This document shows, piece by piece, positions 46,847-60,800 of a DNA stretch of 64,000 bases. Under the pieces are notes generated by a model, which saw only the letters and a list, made by a program, of their open reading frames with translations, searched no databases and was not told the origin of the DNA. The DNA is taken from positions 64,343,703 through 64,407,702 of the forward strand of contig NC_052157.1 in assembly GCF_902713615.1 (NCBI RefSeq), written 5' to 3'. Position numbers and translations under genes: made by a program. Numbering within the stretch: position 1 is the stretch's first letter; each line of letters begins with the position of its first letter. The stretch comes from Scyliorhinus canicula (Eukaryota).

Positions 46847-49800
46847 TGTGGTGATATGATTTGCATAGCTGTCTGCCATTGGGGCAGAACACCGGCTTAC
46901 CATTGGCCCTGGTCGGTCATGTGCCTCTCGACCGATTGGTCGAGAGGCTGAGTTAACCACGCCTCCTTGCCGAGGTATAAATAGTCAAACGCCCGGCGGT
47001 CGTCCATTTTATTGTAGACAACCGCAGGGCTAAGTTCTAGCTTATTAAAGCCTAACTTTTGTAAAGCAACTCGTCTCTCGTGCAATTGATGGCTCATCAA
47101 TTTAATAAACTAGATTTTTGAAGATGGAGTTCCGGATCAAGCCCTAATGCCTCCGCATCAGCCCGCAAACACCGAACTCTGCAGAACTTTTTCAACATTG
47201 GCTGGCATGTCTCGAAGGATACCTTGAATCTGCAACCAGCCCCCCCACCATGGCACAGAAGCTGCACATCCTCCACTCCAGCGTGGGTATCGACGCCTAC
47301 GCGATAATCAAGGAGGAAAAGGATTATGATGCAGCAATACTAAAGTTAAATGGACAATTCATTAAACCAGTCAACAGGGCATTCGCCCGACATCTGCTGG
47401 CCACCAGACAACACCTCCCCGGTGAGTCACTAAACCAATATTACCAGGCCCTCGCTATCCTGGGGAGGAATTGCTCCTGCGTCGCAGTCTCAGCTACGGA
47501 GCACATGGAACTACTGATCAGAGACGCTTACGTGGCTGGGATGCAGTCCCCCGCTATCCGCCAGCGGATGCTGGAGAGAGACGACCTCAGCTTAACTGAG
47601 GCACGGACTCTCTCCACCTCCCTGGAGGTCGCCGATCAAAACGGCCGCGCCTATGTCCCCAGCCGGGCCTACTGGCACGCTTCCCCACCGCCATACCTCC
47701 CTCAGGCCTGTGCTGTGGGGGTGGCGAGCTGGGAGGAGCGCGGTGCGCTGGAGGGGACCCGGAGGAGCGAGAGAGGCGAGCAGGCCAGGCGCGGGGGTGG
47801 GGGGGAAGAGTTGCGCGGCTTCTAGGAGGGGACCGGGAGGGCCCGGAGGAGCGAGAGAGGCCCGCAAGTCGGGCGCCGCCATCTTTGGACGCCGACCTCA
47901 CGTGCGGGTCCTGGGCGCCGCCATCTTGGGATCCCGACCCCACGTGCAGGTCCTGGGCGCCACCATCATGGGGCCCCGACTCCACGTGCGGGTCCTGGGC
48001 GCTGCCATCTTGGGATCCCGACTCCACGTGCGGATCCTAGCCACCACCTTCCGGGACTGGCACGAATACGGATTTTCTCCATGGCTCGCGGCCATTCAGC
48101 TCGACTAGTCACGTCCACGCACGCTCGCCAAAACGACAACGCTCATCTACCTCAACGGCCACGAGACGGGCTGCCTGCTGGACTCCGGGAGCACGGAAAG
48201 CTTCGTTCACCCTGCCATGGTAAGACGCTGCGCGCTCCCTGTCCATCCTGTAAAACACAAAATCGGGTTAGCCTCGGGTTCGCACTCCGTCCGCATCACC
48301 AGGTGCTGCATCGCAGACCTCACGGTCGAAGGGAAGGTTTTAAAAAATTATAAATTCCTTGTCCTCCCTGACCTTTGCGCACCGGCACTCCTAGGACTGG
48401 ACTTCCAATGCAACCTGCAGAGCTTGACCTTCCAATTCGGCGGCCCTATACCCCCCCTCACTGTCTGCAGCCTCGCGTCCCTCAAAGTGGACCCCCCCCT
48501 CCTTGTTTGCTAATCTCACCCCCGATTGCAAACCTGTCGCGACACGGAGCAGACGGTACAGCGCCCAGGACCGATCCTTCATCAAGTCCGAGGTCCAGAG
48601 GCTGCTGACGGAAGGGGTCATCGAGGCCAGCAACAGTCCCTGGCGAGCCCAAGTGCTGGTGGTCCGGACTGGGGAGAAAAACCGGATGGTCATCGACTAT
48701 AGCCAGACCATCAACCGGTTTTCGCAACTGGACGCGTATCCTCTCTCCCATATTTCCACCATGGTAAACGATATCGCGAAATACAAGGTCTTCTCCACTG
48801 TGGACCTTAACTCCGCTTACCACCAGCTTCCCCTCCGCGCGAGTGACCGCAAATATACCGTGTTTGACGCAGATGGGCGCCTCTACCACTTCCTCAGGGT
48901 TCCATTTGGTGTCACAAATGGGGTCTCGGTCTTCCAACGGGAGATGGACCGAATGGTCGACAAGTACGGATTACGGGCTACCTTCCCGTATCTTGATAAT
49001 GTCACCATCTGCGGCCACGATCAGCAGGACCATGACGCCAACCTCCAGCAATTCCTCCAAACTGCAAAACTCCTTAACCTCACATACAATAAGGATAAGT
49101 GCGTGTTTAGCACCGACTGTCTAGCCATCCTCGGCTACGTAGTGCGTAAAGGAGTGATAGGCCCCGACCCCGAACGCATGCGCCCCCTGATGGAACTCCC
49201 TCTCCCCAATATCCTCAAATCCCTCAAACGCTGCCTGGATTTCTTCGCATACTACGCCCAATGGGTTCCCAACTATGCTGACCAGGCCCGTCCCCTCATT
49301 CAAACCACGACCTTCCCGCCGTCGACAGAGGCCTGCCAGGCCTTTAGCCACATCAAAGCGGACATCGCAAAGGCCACGATGCGCGCCATCGACGAGTCCC
49401 TCCCCTTCCAGGTCTAGAACGACGCATCAGAAGTAGCTCTGGCAGCCACCCTGAACCAAGCGGGCAGACCCGTTGCCTTCTTCTCCAGAACTCTCCAGGC
49501 TTCCGAACTCCGCCACCCCTCTGTGGAAAAGGAAGCCCAGGCCATAGTCGAAGCGGTGCGACATTGGAGGCACTATTTGGCCGGCAGGAGGTTTACCCTC
49601 CTCACAGACCAACGGTCAGTAGCCTTCATGTCTGATAATGCACAAAGGGGCAAGATCAAGAATGACAAGATCTTACGGTGGCGGATCGAGTTTTCCACGT
49701 ACAACTATGAGATCTTGTATCGGCCTGGGAAGCTCAATGAGCCTCCTGATGCCCTGTCCCGCGGTACCTGCGCCAGCGCGCAGATAGACCGCCTCCGCTC

Positions 49801-51337
49801 CCTCCACGCAGACCTCTGCCATCCAGGGTTGACCCGTTTCTACCATTTCATTAAGGCCCGCAACCTGCCTTTCTCCGTCGCGGAAGTCAGGACAGTAACC
49901 CATGACTGCCACATCTGCGCAGAGTGCAAACTGCACTTCTACCGCCCCGAGCGCGCACACCTGATCAAAGCATCCCACCCCTTCGAACGTCTCAGCATTG
50001 ACTTCAAGGGGCCCCTTCCCTCTAACAACCGCAACATTTACTTCCTGGCAGTAATTGACGAATTCTCCCGCTTCCCCTTCGCCATTCCCTGCCCCGACAT
50101 GACCACATCGACCGTCATTAAGGCCCTCCTCTCCGTCTTCTCCCTGTTCGGCTACCCCGCGTACATACACAGCGATCGGGGGTCCTCTTTTATGAGCGAC
50201 GAGCTGCGTCAATTCCTGCTCAACAGGGGCTTTGCCTCTAGCAGGACGACCAGCTATAACCCCCGGGGTAACGGACAGGTCGAGCGGGAGAATGGTACCA
50301 TCTGGAAGACCATACTACTGGCCCTCCGGTCCAGAGATCTCCCTATTTCCCGATGGCAAGAGGTTATCCCCGATGCCCTACATTCTATCCGCTCACTCCT
50401 CTGTACCGCAACTAATCAGACACCTCATGAACGTCTACTTGTTTTCCCCAGGAAGTCATCCTCCGGATCCCCTCTCCCGACGTGGCTGGTCACCCCCGGA
50501 CCCATCTTGCTCCGGAAGCATGTGCGGGTGCACAAGTCCGACCCGTTGGTGGAACAAGTCCAGTTACTCCACGCTAACCGCAGTATGCGTATGTGGAGTA
50601 CCCCGACGGTCGGCAGGACACGGTCTCCCTCCGGGATCTGGCACCCGCCGGCGTGCGGCCTTCCCCCCCTCCACCACAGACCCCCCCCCCTGTTTTTTTT
50701 CCCCCAGCGCCCCACTCAGGTTCCCCCTGCCCCATCCATGGCGTCACCACAGCCAGCTCGGGTGACGGAGACTATTCAAGGACCATCGCTCCAGGACGTC
50801 AGCGGAACCACCACCATCGGCCGACCTGACGTCACCTCCTCCGCTGCGGCGGTCTGCCAGAACGTCACGGGCTACGAAAAGACTGATCGAATCGATCTAA
50901 ATTTCAACAGCTCCATGGACTTTGTTGGGACTTTGTGTAATATTGCTTATTGTCTGGGCCAGTGGGAAGCCTCCAAATTTGATAAAAGAAAGGAGAGAAA
51001 ATTTTTGTCCTCTCGTCTGCTACTCATATCACCGGTTTTCTCTTTCCCCCACCACCCCCCGGCTTCTTTCTCCGTAAGGGATGAATGTGGTGATATGATT
51101 TGCATAGCTGCCTGCCATTAGGGCAGAACCCGGCTTACCGTTGGCTCTGGTCGGTCATGTGCCTCTCGACCGATTGGTCGAGTGGCTGAGTTAACCAAGC
51201 CTCCTTGCCGAGGTATAAATAGTCAAACGCCCGGCGGTCGTCCATTTTATTGTAGACAACCGCAGGGCTAAGTTCTAGTTTATTAAAGCCTAACTTTTGT
51301 AAAGCAACTCGTCTCTCGTGCAATTGATGGCTCATCA
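46847..51337 (+). mobile_element. Full-length Ty3/Gypsy LTR retrotransposon, inactivated
   Basis: LTRs at 46847-47099 and 51086-51337 (~8 differences by eye), TSD TCAAC. gag, PR (LLDSGS), RT (YLDN), RH (DAS..EKEA..TDQ), INT (H..C..C, IDFKGP, SDRG, GQVER). Inserted in a CR1 tail. Confidence 0.95.
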
Positions 51338-51539
51338 TCAACCAAATGGCCTGTTCCTTTGCTGTATCTATGAAATTCTGTTAAGGTCAGAGATTAATTT
51401 GTTGGAAGAATCTACTTCCTCCCAGTATGCTTGCAAGTATTACCCTTGAAGAGGCTTCGGAGTAGATTTCCTGACTTTTTCATCTTGGCTGACCCCAGCG
51501 GAGACCAGAACACAGCATTTATTCAAGCGTTATATCTTA

Positions 51540-54470
51540 ATGACTGATGCGAGACCCAATTGATCTCCTCATGGGGCTTGTGAAATACGAGCTCCGCCGC
51601 TGAGTGGCAGAGGCCTGGCAGCTAGGGCTCGTGAAACCAGCACTTAAAAGTTGGACCAGACTGGGGACCAGCATGATGTCAGTCCCAGTTGGGAACTATG
51701 TTCTGTATGCTGCCTTGCAGCCTGTTTATTTCACCTTCTCCATCTCCTGAAGATTTTATACTGACGACGAGGAAAAAAACTATGGCTGTGATTCTGGATC
51801 GCTTTTGAATTCCTCAGCATGAGGGCAAGGTCAGAGCGAATTTAAAAATGCCACTTTTTGGGAGACTTGAGGCTTTTTCAACGCAGGTATAGAAGATTGG
51901 GATTAGTATGCTGAACGGATGCGGCATTTCTTTAGAGGGCAGATGCTATTATATAAGACGACTGACTAAAAGTAATACTCCTCCCAGCCTGCAGTGCCCC
52001 AACTTTCAGCTTGATCAAAAGCCTCACCTACCTGGCAGCCCAGATTCAAAGACCTTTTGAGCTTGCAGTGCTTGTTGCTGACCATTTCCACTCCAAACCT
52101 TCGATGATCGTACAGTGCAACACAGCCAGACAAACCCTGAGGGGGGAGTCGGTCACGGAATTCCTGACGCGCCCTTGCATGCTGGCTGAGCATTGCGACT
52201 ACGAGCCATCCCTGCCAGAGATGTTGCCAGAGTGCCTTGTGTGGCATTAATAACATGGCGACCCAACATAAGTTGTTGACAGAATCTTCTTTGGACTTAA
52301 CAAAGGCCTTATAATTATTCCTCTTGTGTGAAAACATGGAAAAGGAAGTCCAGGGCTCCATGGATATGGGTGTACATAACATTGGCTGTGTCCCCATTCA
52401 GGCGAGTAATGCCCCCCCAAGAGCAGGGCCTCTGGGAACCAGTTGCCACTTTGTGGTCAGACTCATTGGCGAAGAACCATCGCAGCCCAAGAGACATCTC
52501 TCCTACGGTCCAGGAAGATGATTTGCAATGTCACTGCACTTGTCACAGGAACCGTGGGGGCATGTAACGCTAGAACCGACTGCGAGTGCATCGCCCTGGT
52601 CAGATGCCACAGCTACCCCCCAGCCAGGGCTCTACACTTAAGCCCAGCCTGATGAAGATGAATGCATGCTAAATTTCATTTTAGCACTAGACGTATCCCC
52701 ATCAAGATCACCATCCAGGTAAATGGTCACCCATTAGAGATGGAAATCTATACAGGGGCTGGACACTAAGGCACGGTGGCGACATATACGGGAGAGCCAT
52801 TAACCATCATTGGGACAATGATGGTTATCTACGGAGAACAATCAGTTTGCATGCCAGTAATAGTAGTGCAGGGGACTGGACCCAGTCTTTGGTCCGTGAC
52901 TGGTTACAGATGCTCCGTCTAGACTGGCAACAGATCTTCAGAATGCATACAGGCAGATAGGGGCTGGTTTAGCACAGTGGGCTAAATATCTGTCTTGTAA
53001 AACAGACCCAAGGCCAGCAGCGCAGGTACAATTCCCGTCCCAGCCTCCCCGAACAGGCGCCGGAATGGGTGACTAGGGGCTTTTCACAGTAACGTCATTT
53101 GAAGCCTCCTTGTGACAAGAAGTGATTTTCATTTCATTATCTTCTCAGATGGTTTTAGGGAAGATAAAGAGAGCCATGGCCAAAATCTCTGTGGACCCAG
53201 AGGCCCAACCCAAGTATTTCAGGGCCCGCCCAGATCGATACACCGTACTGTTGAAAGCAGACGTGACCTCATCCGACTGGAGAACTTGCGGATTATTTGC
53301 CCAGTTTCATTTGCGGAATGGGCAGCACCAGTATTCCCGGTGCTGAAGCCAGACGAGATCTCTGTGGCGATTATAAAATGATGGTGATCAAGGCCTCCTG
53401 TTTAGATGGGTACCCAATGTTGCATATGGTGCACCTCTTGTACGAAGTTGGTTGGGGGCCATTCATAAGTTGGACATGAGCCATGCATACCTCCTGTTGG
53501 AGTTGGATGCAGCGTCCCAGAAATATGTGACCATCAATACCCATAGGGTGTCAATACCCTAGGCTCTCATTTGGAGTATCATCTACTTGTGCAATCTTCT
53601 AGCGGGTTATGGACAGCATTCTTCAAGGGCTCCCAAGGGTGGAAATCTACCTGGACGACCTATTGATTATAGGAACCACCATGAAGGAATACCTAAATAA
53701 CTTGGAGGAAGCCCGCCATGTTTCCCATAGGTAGGTGCCTGCCTGAAAAGGGCAAGTACGTCATCCAGGTGAGAGGTCCTATACCTGGGGTACTGTGTAG
53801 GCAAGGATGGTTTCTACCCGGTAGAAGAAAAGGTTCTCAATGCCAGAGAATACGATGGAGCTAGGGTCATTCTGAGGGCATTTTACTAATTATGCAAAGT
53901 TAATTCTAAATTTGAAGACCATACTGGCATGTGCTCTTAAAGAAACATCAGAAATGCGCAGGGAAGGTGCCACAAGAGGATACATTTGTCAAAGTAAAAT
54001 GGCAACTGTTATCTTCTAAGCTGCTAACACATTATGACCCTTCTAAACCGCTCATGATGCCTCCCCAGATGACACTGGGGCGGTGTTGTTTCATTGATGA
54101 GACAATGGGACAGAGTGGTCGATAGCCTGTGCTCCATGAACTTTGGTTGGTGCAGAGCGCAGGTATTCTCAGATTGAAAAGGAGGGACTACCAATGATCT
54201 TCACAGTCGAAATGTTTCATTAGTACGTCAGCAGACGGCACTTCGCAATCATCACGGACCACAAACCCTTATTTGGTCTCTTCAAAGAAGACAAGGTGTT
54301 AGCATTGATAGCATCAGTCAGGATTCAGCAATAGGCATTACTGCTGGTGGTGTATGAGGATACCTTCGAGTATCGCCCATGCAAATACCCTTAGCCGACT
54401 CCCATTGCCTATATGCTCCCGTCCCCACCAATAGCAACCAAAGTCGTATTGGTGCTAAATCCTACGGACA
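51540..54470 (+). mobile_element. Old, degenerate Gypsy (Mag-like) element
   Basis: MPLFGRLEAF gag start, AEWAAP..VLKPD, CGDYK, YLDDLLI, YSQIEKEG, TDHKPL remnants; SINE inserted at ~52958-53140. Confidence 0.75.
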
Positions 54471-55157
54471 TGTCACAGAATCACAGTGCAGAAGAGGCCC
54501 TTCGGCCCATCAAGTATGCACTGACGAGCACTTGGTGCATAGACTTGAATGTTATGAAATGTTAAGTACTCATCCATTTTTAAACGGTGTGAAACATCCC
54601 GCTTCTACCACCCTCCCAGGCAGTGTTAGTTTCCAGCTGCTGTTGAATAAAGATTCAAGAGTTCTGCTCCTTTTCATAAACACCTTTATTTTCCTTGAAC
54701 ACACTGTACAAAACCCCATCACACGCCACAATGGCCACCTGCAGCCTCTTGACATATCAATGTCTTCAGGAGAGTCTTCATGGTGCGCCACAAGATAAGA
54801 TGGCGGAGGGCATGTTTTGTCCACCCAGTGGTCAATGGAGCAGCTAGTGGTGTTTTTGAACGCAAAGTTCAGCCGGTAGAGAAAGGAGACCCTGGAAGAC
54901 CTGGCCAACATGGCGGAATCAATCAAAGCAGGGATTCAGAAAGTGGAACTAAGGGTGGAGTCCCAGGACCGGGCATTCCAGAAAGTGTAGGGGCGGTGAG
55001 GGAGTACGAGGAGCTGTTGGTCTCGTTGGTGGCCGAGCTGGGGGTGTTCTGGGAGACCCAGAAGGGGCGTGCGGGGGGAGGGGGAATAAGAGTCATTTCA
55101 CCTTCTCGGTTCTCCTGAAGATTTTATAATATCAATGCAGTTTCTTTACAATTTCAG

Positions 55158-55261
55158 TCAATAAAGCCAGGGTGAAGAGCGAAGTTCAGCTTTCAGATTC
55201 CAGAGAAGCAGATGTGATGAAGTGCATCGCCATCCAGCAGACTCCAGGGGTTGTTGTCAAG
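55158..55261 (+). CDS. Probable DMRTC2-like coding exon 3
   Basis: Acceptor tttctttacaatttcag|, phase compatible with the previous exon, open frame VNKARVKSEVQLSDSREADVMKCIAIQQTPGVVVK, donor AAG|gtaata. Unique sequence among repeats. Confidence 0.55.
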
Positions 55262-55717
55262 GTAATAGCACAGAGAGTGGAATATGATGTTCAGGATTCA
55301 TCCTGTTGTTTCTTTATGTCCATCTGGTAAATGTTCATGGATGCTGGCATTCATTCAAAGCACTCTCATTGTTGAAACTGTTGTGTTCGGACTTCTAATG
55401 CTTCGGCCATTAGAACCAATATTGGGGGGGGGGGGGGGTGAGGGCAAAGGTTCTCCTTAATTTGAAGTTAGCTGGACAAGACTCCCCATCACCGTGGCCA
55501 TTGTTACTTTGAAACTGCTGCAAGGCAACAGTTTACCAGCTGAACATTCAGAGTGTTGCTCTATGCGTTGTCACAGACAGGAGGTAGGCCAATTTAAATA
55601 GGCCTGATTTCCCCACGCTTTACCCTTCCATAAACAGAAAGGTGTTTCTTTAAAGTCTGATTTCCCGTGTCACAAATGGTGGTGTACGTACCCCAACCCG
55701 TAAATTTGAAAAGGCGG

Positions 55718-56190
55718 CAGGGTAGCACAGTGGTTAGCACTGCTGCTTCACAGCTTCATGGTTCCCAGGTTCGATTGCTGGCTTGGGTCACTGTCTGTGC
55801 GGAGTCTGCATGTTCTCTGTGTCTGCGTGGGTTTCCTCCGGGTGCTCCGGTTTCCTCCCACAAGTCCTGAAAGACGTGCTGTTGGGTGAATTGGACAATC
55901 TGAATTCTCCCTCTGTGTACCCTAACGGGCGGTGGAGTGTGGCAACTGGGGCTTTTCACAGTAGGGGCTGGTTTAGCTCACTGAGCTAAATCGCTGGCTT
56001 TGAAAGCAGGCCAGCAGCACGGTTCGATTCCCGTACCAGCCTCCCCGGACAGGCGCCGGAATGTGGCAACTAGGGGCTTTTCACAGTAACTTCATTGAAG
56101 CCTACTCGTGACCATAAGCGATTTTCATTTTTCAGTAACTTCATTGCAGTGTTAATGTAAGCCTACTTGTGACAATAAAGATTATTATTA
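55718..56190 (+). mobile_element. SINE with a second short SINE (55964-56132) nested in its tail
   Basis: Inner element flanked by the direct repeat CAGTA. Confidence 0.8.
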
Positions 56191-57019
56191 TTTTTAAAAA
56201 TCCTCTTTGAAGAATTTACACAGCAAACTCAAGGAAAGATGAAAATAAAAGAGTTGGTTTATTCTTATACACACACGAGGGGTTTTGCAATGCCCATTCC
56301 TTTTTATGCTCGCAATTTTAAAAAAGTTGTTATTTGCGGGATGTGGGCGTTACTGACTGGACCAGTAATCATTGCCCGTCCCTAACTGCCCTCTATTTCA
56401 GCCAATAACATTGCTGTGAATCTGGGGTCACATGCTGGCCAGACCAGAATTGGGTTTTTACACCAATCGACAATGGTTTCATGATCATGCCTAGATTTTT
56501 AATTCCGTTTTTTAAAAATGGAGTTCAAATTTCAGCATCTGCCACAGTTCTTACCCTGGATCTCTGGATTACTCGTCCAGTGACAATGCCATCGCCTCCC
56601 ATGGGGATAATGGAGGAGAAGGATAAAGGAAGAGAGTTCAGGGCACAATAAACTGTAAATATGGGTTAACTGAAATGTTCCTTCCGAGGGGAGGTTGGCT
56701 GATAGTAGAATGTTGCGTCTTCCCAGAGTGAGGCTTGCATGACAGAAGAAGACATGCAAAACGAGTCAGTCAGAAGGTATGAGTTCCATGGTTCCAGCAG
56801 TTTGGCAGGTTTGATGAGGGTCTGTTATTTCTGTTTCCACCAGCTTGCGGGTAGACAGCACAGGCTGTTGCCTGGAGATATGTTCACTTTGGAGGTCAAA
56901 ACAGTAACTGCCATGATTCAGTTCCACCAGACGAGATCACGGTGCAGCTTGGGGGAGCTCATGTGACATATCTTCTCAATGGTGGACACGGAATGAGTGG
57001 AATCTTAGTTTTTAAAAAA

Positions 57020-60000
57020 ATTATTTTTATTAAAAGGGTTTTCTACATAGAAATATCAGAAACCCACAGGAACAAAGAACACAGGCCCACAGCAAACCCG
57101 TGATACCAAGCCTACAACTCTCCCTTTTATTCTCTTATTCCCCCCTTCATCTTCTACCTCCCCTCTAAACAATGAAAACAAGCCCCCCCCCCCCCCCCCC
57201 CCCCCCCCCCAAGCCCCGCCCTGCTGACACCCTAATTCACCTTGAGGAAATCAATAAACTGCTTCCACCTCTGGGTAATTCCCTCCTCCGACCCCGCAAG
57301 GCCAACATGACCTTCTCCAAGTACAGGAATTTCTGCCAGGTTGCTCACCCACACCCCCTACTCACCTACACATAGAATCTCGGATGTGACACGGACATGC
57401 CCAGAACATGAAGACATGATTTGTGGCAGACTGCGCACATCTGTCCTCCAGCCCTGCAAAGAACCGGCTCATCCTCGAAACCTTCATGTGGGCCCTATGC
57501 ACCACCTTAAACTGGATGAGACTTAACCTCGCATAATATGAGGACAGGGCTTCCTTCCAAGACTCTGTCCTCACCTCCCACCTAACTACTCCTCCCATTT
57601 GTGCTTGATCTCCACTGGTGCGCCCTCTCCATAAAATATCTGACCCTCTCCCCTCCCTAATGTCGTCTTCAGACAACTTATCTTGCAACACCGGAAGCGG
57701 AGCCCGGGAAGGACGACACCTCTCTCCTCACAGATTCCTCACCTGCAGATATCTGAACCCATTCCTCTTAGGCAACTCGTATGTTTCTTTCAGCTCTTAC
57801 AGGCCTGCAAACAATGCCTGATGTACTCTATTCCCACCTCCTGCCACCCCATTCACCTTCCTAAAAAATATTTGGAGACAAAGATGGGGAGGTTCTGGAA
57901 CACGAACAAGAACCTGGGCAGCACTTGTCATTTTAACCATCTGCACACCCAGCCAGTGACAGCAGCAACACATCCCACCTCTTAAAAGTCCGCCTTCATT
58001 CCCTCTATCAATCATACCAAATTCAATTTATGCAGCTGTGTCCAGCTCCGCGCCACCTGAATCCTGAGATACCGAAACTTGCTTTCCCCACATGGATCGG
58101 CAACTCCCTTAGCCTCCTCCTGGCATTAATCGGGAACACCTTGTTTTTCCCCATGTTCAATTTGTACCCTTATCCTATCAAAGCTGCCCACCAGGTCCGA
58201 GATATATAACAGACGATTGCCTGCTTACAGCGGGACTCTATGCTTGATCCCACCCCGCTCGATCCTTCTCCACTGCAGCTGCTGGGCCCCCCCCTGAATC
58301 ATCCACAAATCCACCCAGTGCAAGGTAGTGTCAGACCCCGTGATCGCCAAATACTCCGAATTGACTACCTCCTCCAACAGCATCTTATCCATCACAAGAA
58401 AAATCAGTCTGGAGTACACCTGGTGCAGATGCGAGAAGTATGAGAACTCCTTCGCCCTCGGCCACCCAAACCTCCATGGATCCCTGCCCCCTATCCCCCA
58501 TAAGGTCTATGAACCCTCTCAGCTACCTTGTCACTGCCGATACCTACAACGACCTGGGACACGACCGATCAGTTCTCGGATCCAAAACCAGGTTAAAATT
58601 GGCTTCCACTATCAGCCGGTGCTTGTCCAGATTCAGGATCTTCCCCAACACCTGCTCATAAAGTCCATGTCATCCCAATTTGGGGCACCGACGTTCACTA
58701 GGACCACAGACGTCCCCTCCAGCTTCCCACAAACCATCACTAACCCGGGTCGGCTACAATACTGCCAACCTCAAAGGCTATTTTCTTCTTGACCAGCACT
58801 GCCACCCCCCTCGTCTTCATGTCCAACGGTGAGTGGAACCCCTGCCTCACCCTTCCCTTCCTCAGCCTCGTCTAATCTCCCAGTTTCAGGTGTGTCTCCT
58901 GAAGGAACACAACGTCCGCCTTCAAACTCCAAGTGTACGAAAGCATGCAACCGTTTGACTGGCCCATTGAACCTCTCAAATTCCAAGTAACCAGCAGGGT
59001 TTGAGCCTCCCCGCTCCCTTCCTCTGCCGATCAGCCATACCCCTTCTTTAGGCAGCTCCCTCCGGTCTGTGTCATGCACGTCTTCAAGCCTGCCCCCATA
59101 CGTCTGCCACTGTCTCTCCTTAACCAACTGCGCCACACCATGTCAGCACACCCCCCCCCCCCCCTCCCCATATCCAACCAAAAAAGAACAATCTCTTGCA
59201 CCCCACACACGCACATACACACACACTCCCTCCTCCTAGCAACTCCCATTTCACTCCTTTTTTAAAAAAAAATAACTTTTATTGAAATTTTCGGCTGCTG
59301 CCGGCCTAATTCCCTACCGTTCTGCCAGGAAGTCAAGGAAAGGCTGCCACCGCCTAAAGAACCTCTGAACTGATCCCCTCAGGGCAAATTTCACCCTCTC
59401 CAATTTGATGAACCCTGCCATATCATTGATCCAGGCCTCCACGCTTGGGGGCCTCGCATCCTTCCATTGGAGCAAGATCCTCCGCCGGGCTACTAGGGAC
59501 GCAAAGGCCAGAACACCGGCCTCTTTCGCCTCCTGCACTCTCGGCTCCACTGCAATCCCAAATATTGCGAGTCCCCAGCCTGGCTCGACCCTGGATCCTA
59601 CCACCCTCGACACCGTCCTTGCTACCCCCTTCCAAAACTCCCCCAGCCCAAAACACCCCATTTCACTCCTGTTAACTAACCCAACCAGCTAGCATGGTGG
59701 CCCCCGCCTTGGGCCTCTGACTACTCCTCAAGCCCCAATCCGCTCCTCAATCCCCATCCCTCCAAACAACATACAAGGAAAAAGAGAGGCACACACTCAC
59801 CCTCGCCAATCCTCTCATCCTGCATGCCTATATTTTAGACTAAACACCACTCGAAAGATCAATGTCCTCATACTCCACCCAGTCCTTAGTCTCTCACAAA
59901 GTCTTTAGTTTGCTCCAGTCAGTCAGAATAAAATTCTTGTTTTTGGTGTGTAATCCACAAACGAGAGAGGTACAGAACCGCAAGCTTCGCCCCCTTGAAG

Positions 60001-60800
60001 AGATTAACCTTGATCCTGTTGTACCCGGCCGTCTGCTTGGCCAACTCTGCTCCCAGATTCTGATAGATACGCAGCTCGCTCTCCTCCCATGTCCACTTCT
60101 TGGTTTGTCTCACCCACTATAAGATAGTCTCTTTGTCAAGGAAACAACACAACCACGATTGCCCTCGGTGGCTCCCCCAATTGTGGCCTCCTCCTCAGCA
60201 CCCTGTGCGTTCAATCCAATTGGGGAGGACGGTCAAAGACGCCCTTCCCCATCAGCTTCTCCCCCACCAGCTTCTCCCCATCAGCATGCTCGCCACGTAC
60301 TTGGCAGCCTCAATCCCTTCAGGCATCCCCACGATCCGCAGGTTTGACTTCCTGGAGCGGTTCTTGAGATCCCCCAGCTTCATCCTCAGCCTTTTCTGAC
60401 GGCTTGTCACCATCCCCATTTCCGCCTCCAGCGAGGTCAACCGATCCTCATGCTCCCCCACTGACCCCTTCACCTTTTGGATCGCCAGGCCCTGTGGCTC
60501 CTGCCTCTGCTCCACGCACTCAATTGCCACCCTAAGCGGCCACACCAACAAGGCAGGTCCTCCGAGGCCACCTCCTTTTACTGCCGAAACTTGCTATTGA
60601 GGAATTCCACCAGTTGCTCCGTAGACCACCAGGTGGGCAGCGCTGCTCATCTACTCTCCGCTATTTTCTCCTGTGTTGTATCACAATTGCTCTCTTGCTC
60701 AAGCTGCTGTCTCTTTCTAAACACCTTGAGCAAGAGCCACCAAATGTGTGACCACTCGCTCCATGGCTGCCACCGAAGGTCCTGGAACCCTATTTTAAAT
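57020..60800 (-). mobile_element. Internally deleted L1/Tx1-like LINE (ORF1 ~60800-59850, ORF2 remnants ~59000-57250), with a second L1 3' end at 59265-59660
   Basis: NRSRKSNLRIVGMPEGIE (L1 ORF1), APE-like remnants, LIQFKVVHRAH...HMFWACP, LAFASLVARRRIL...WQPF. Confidence 0.8.
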
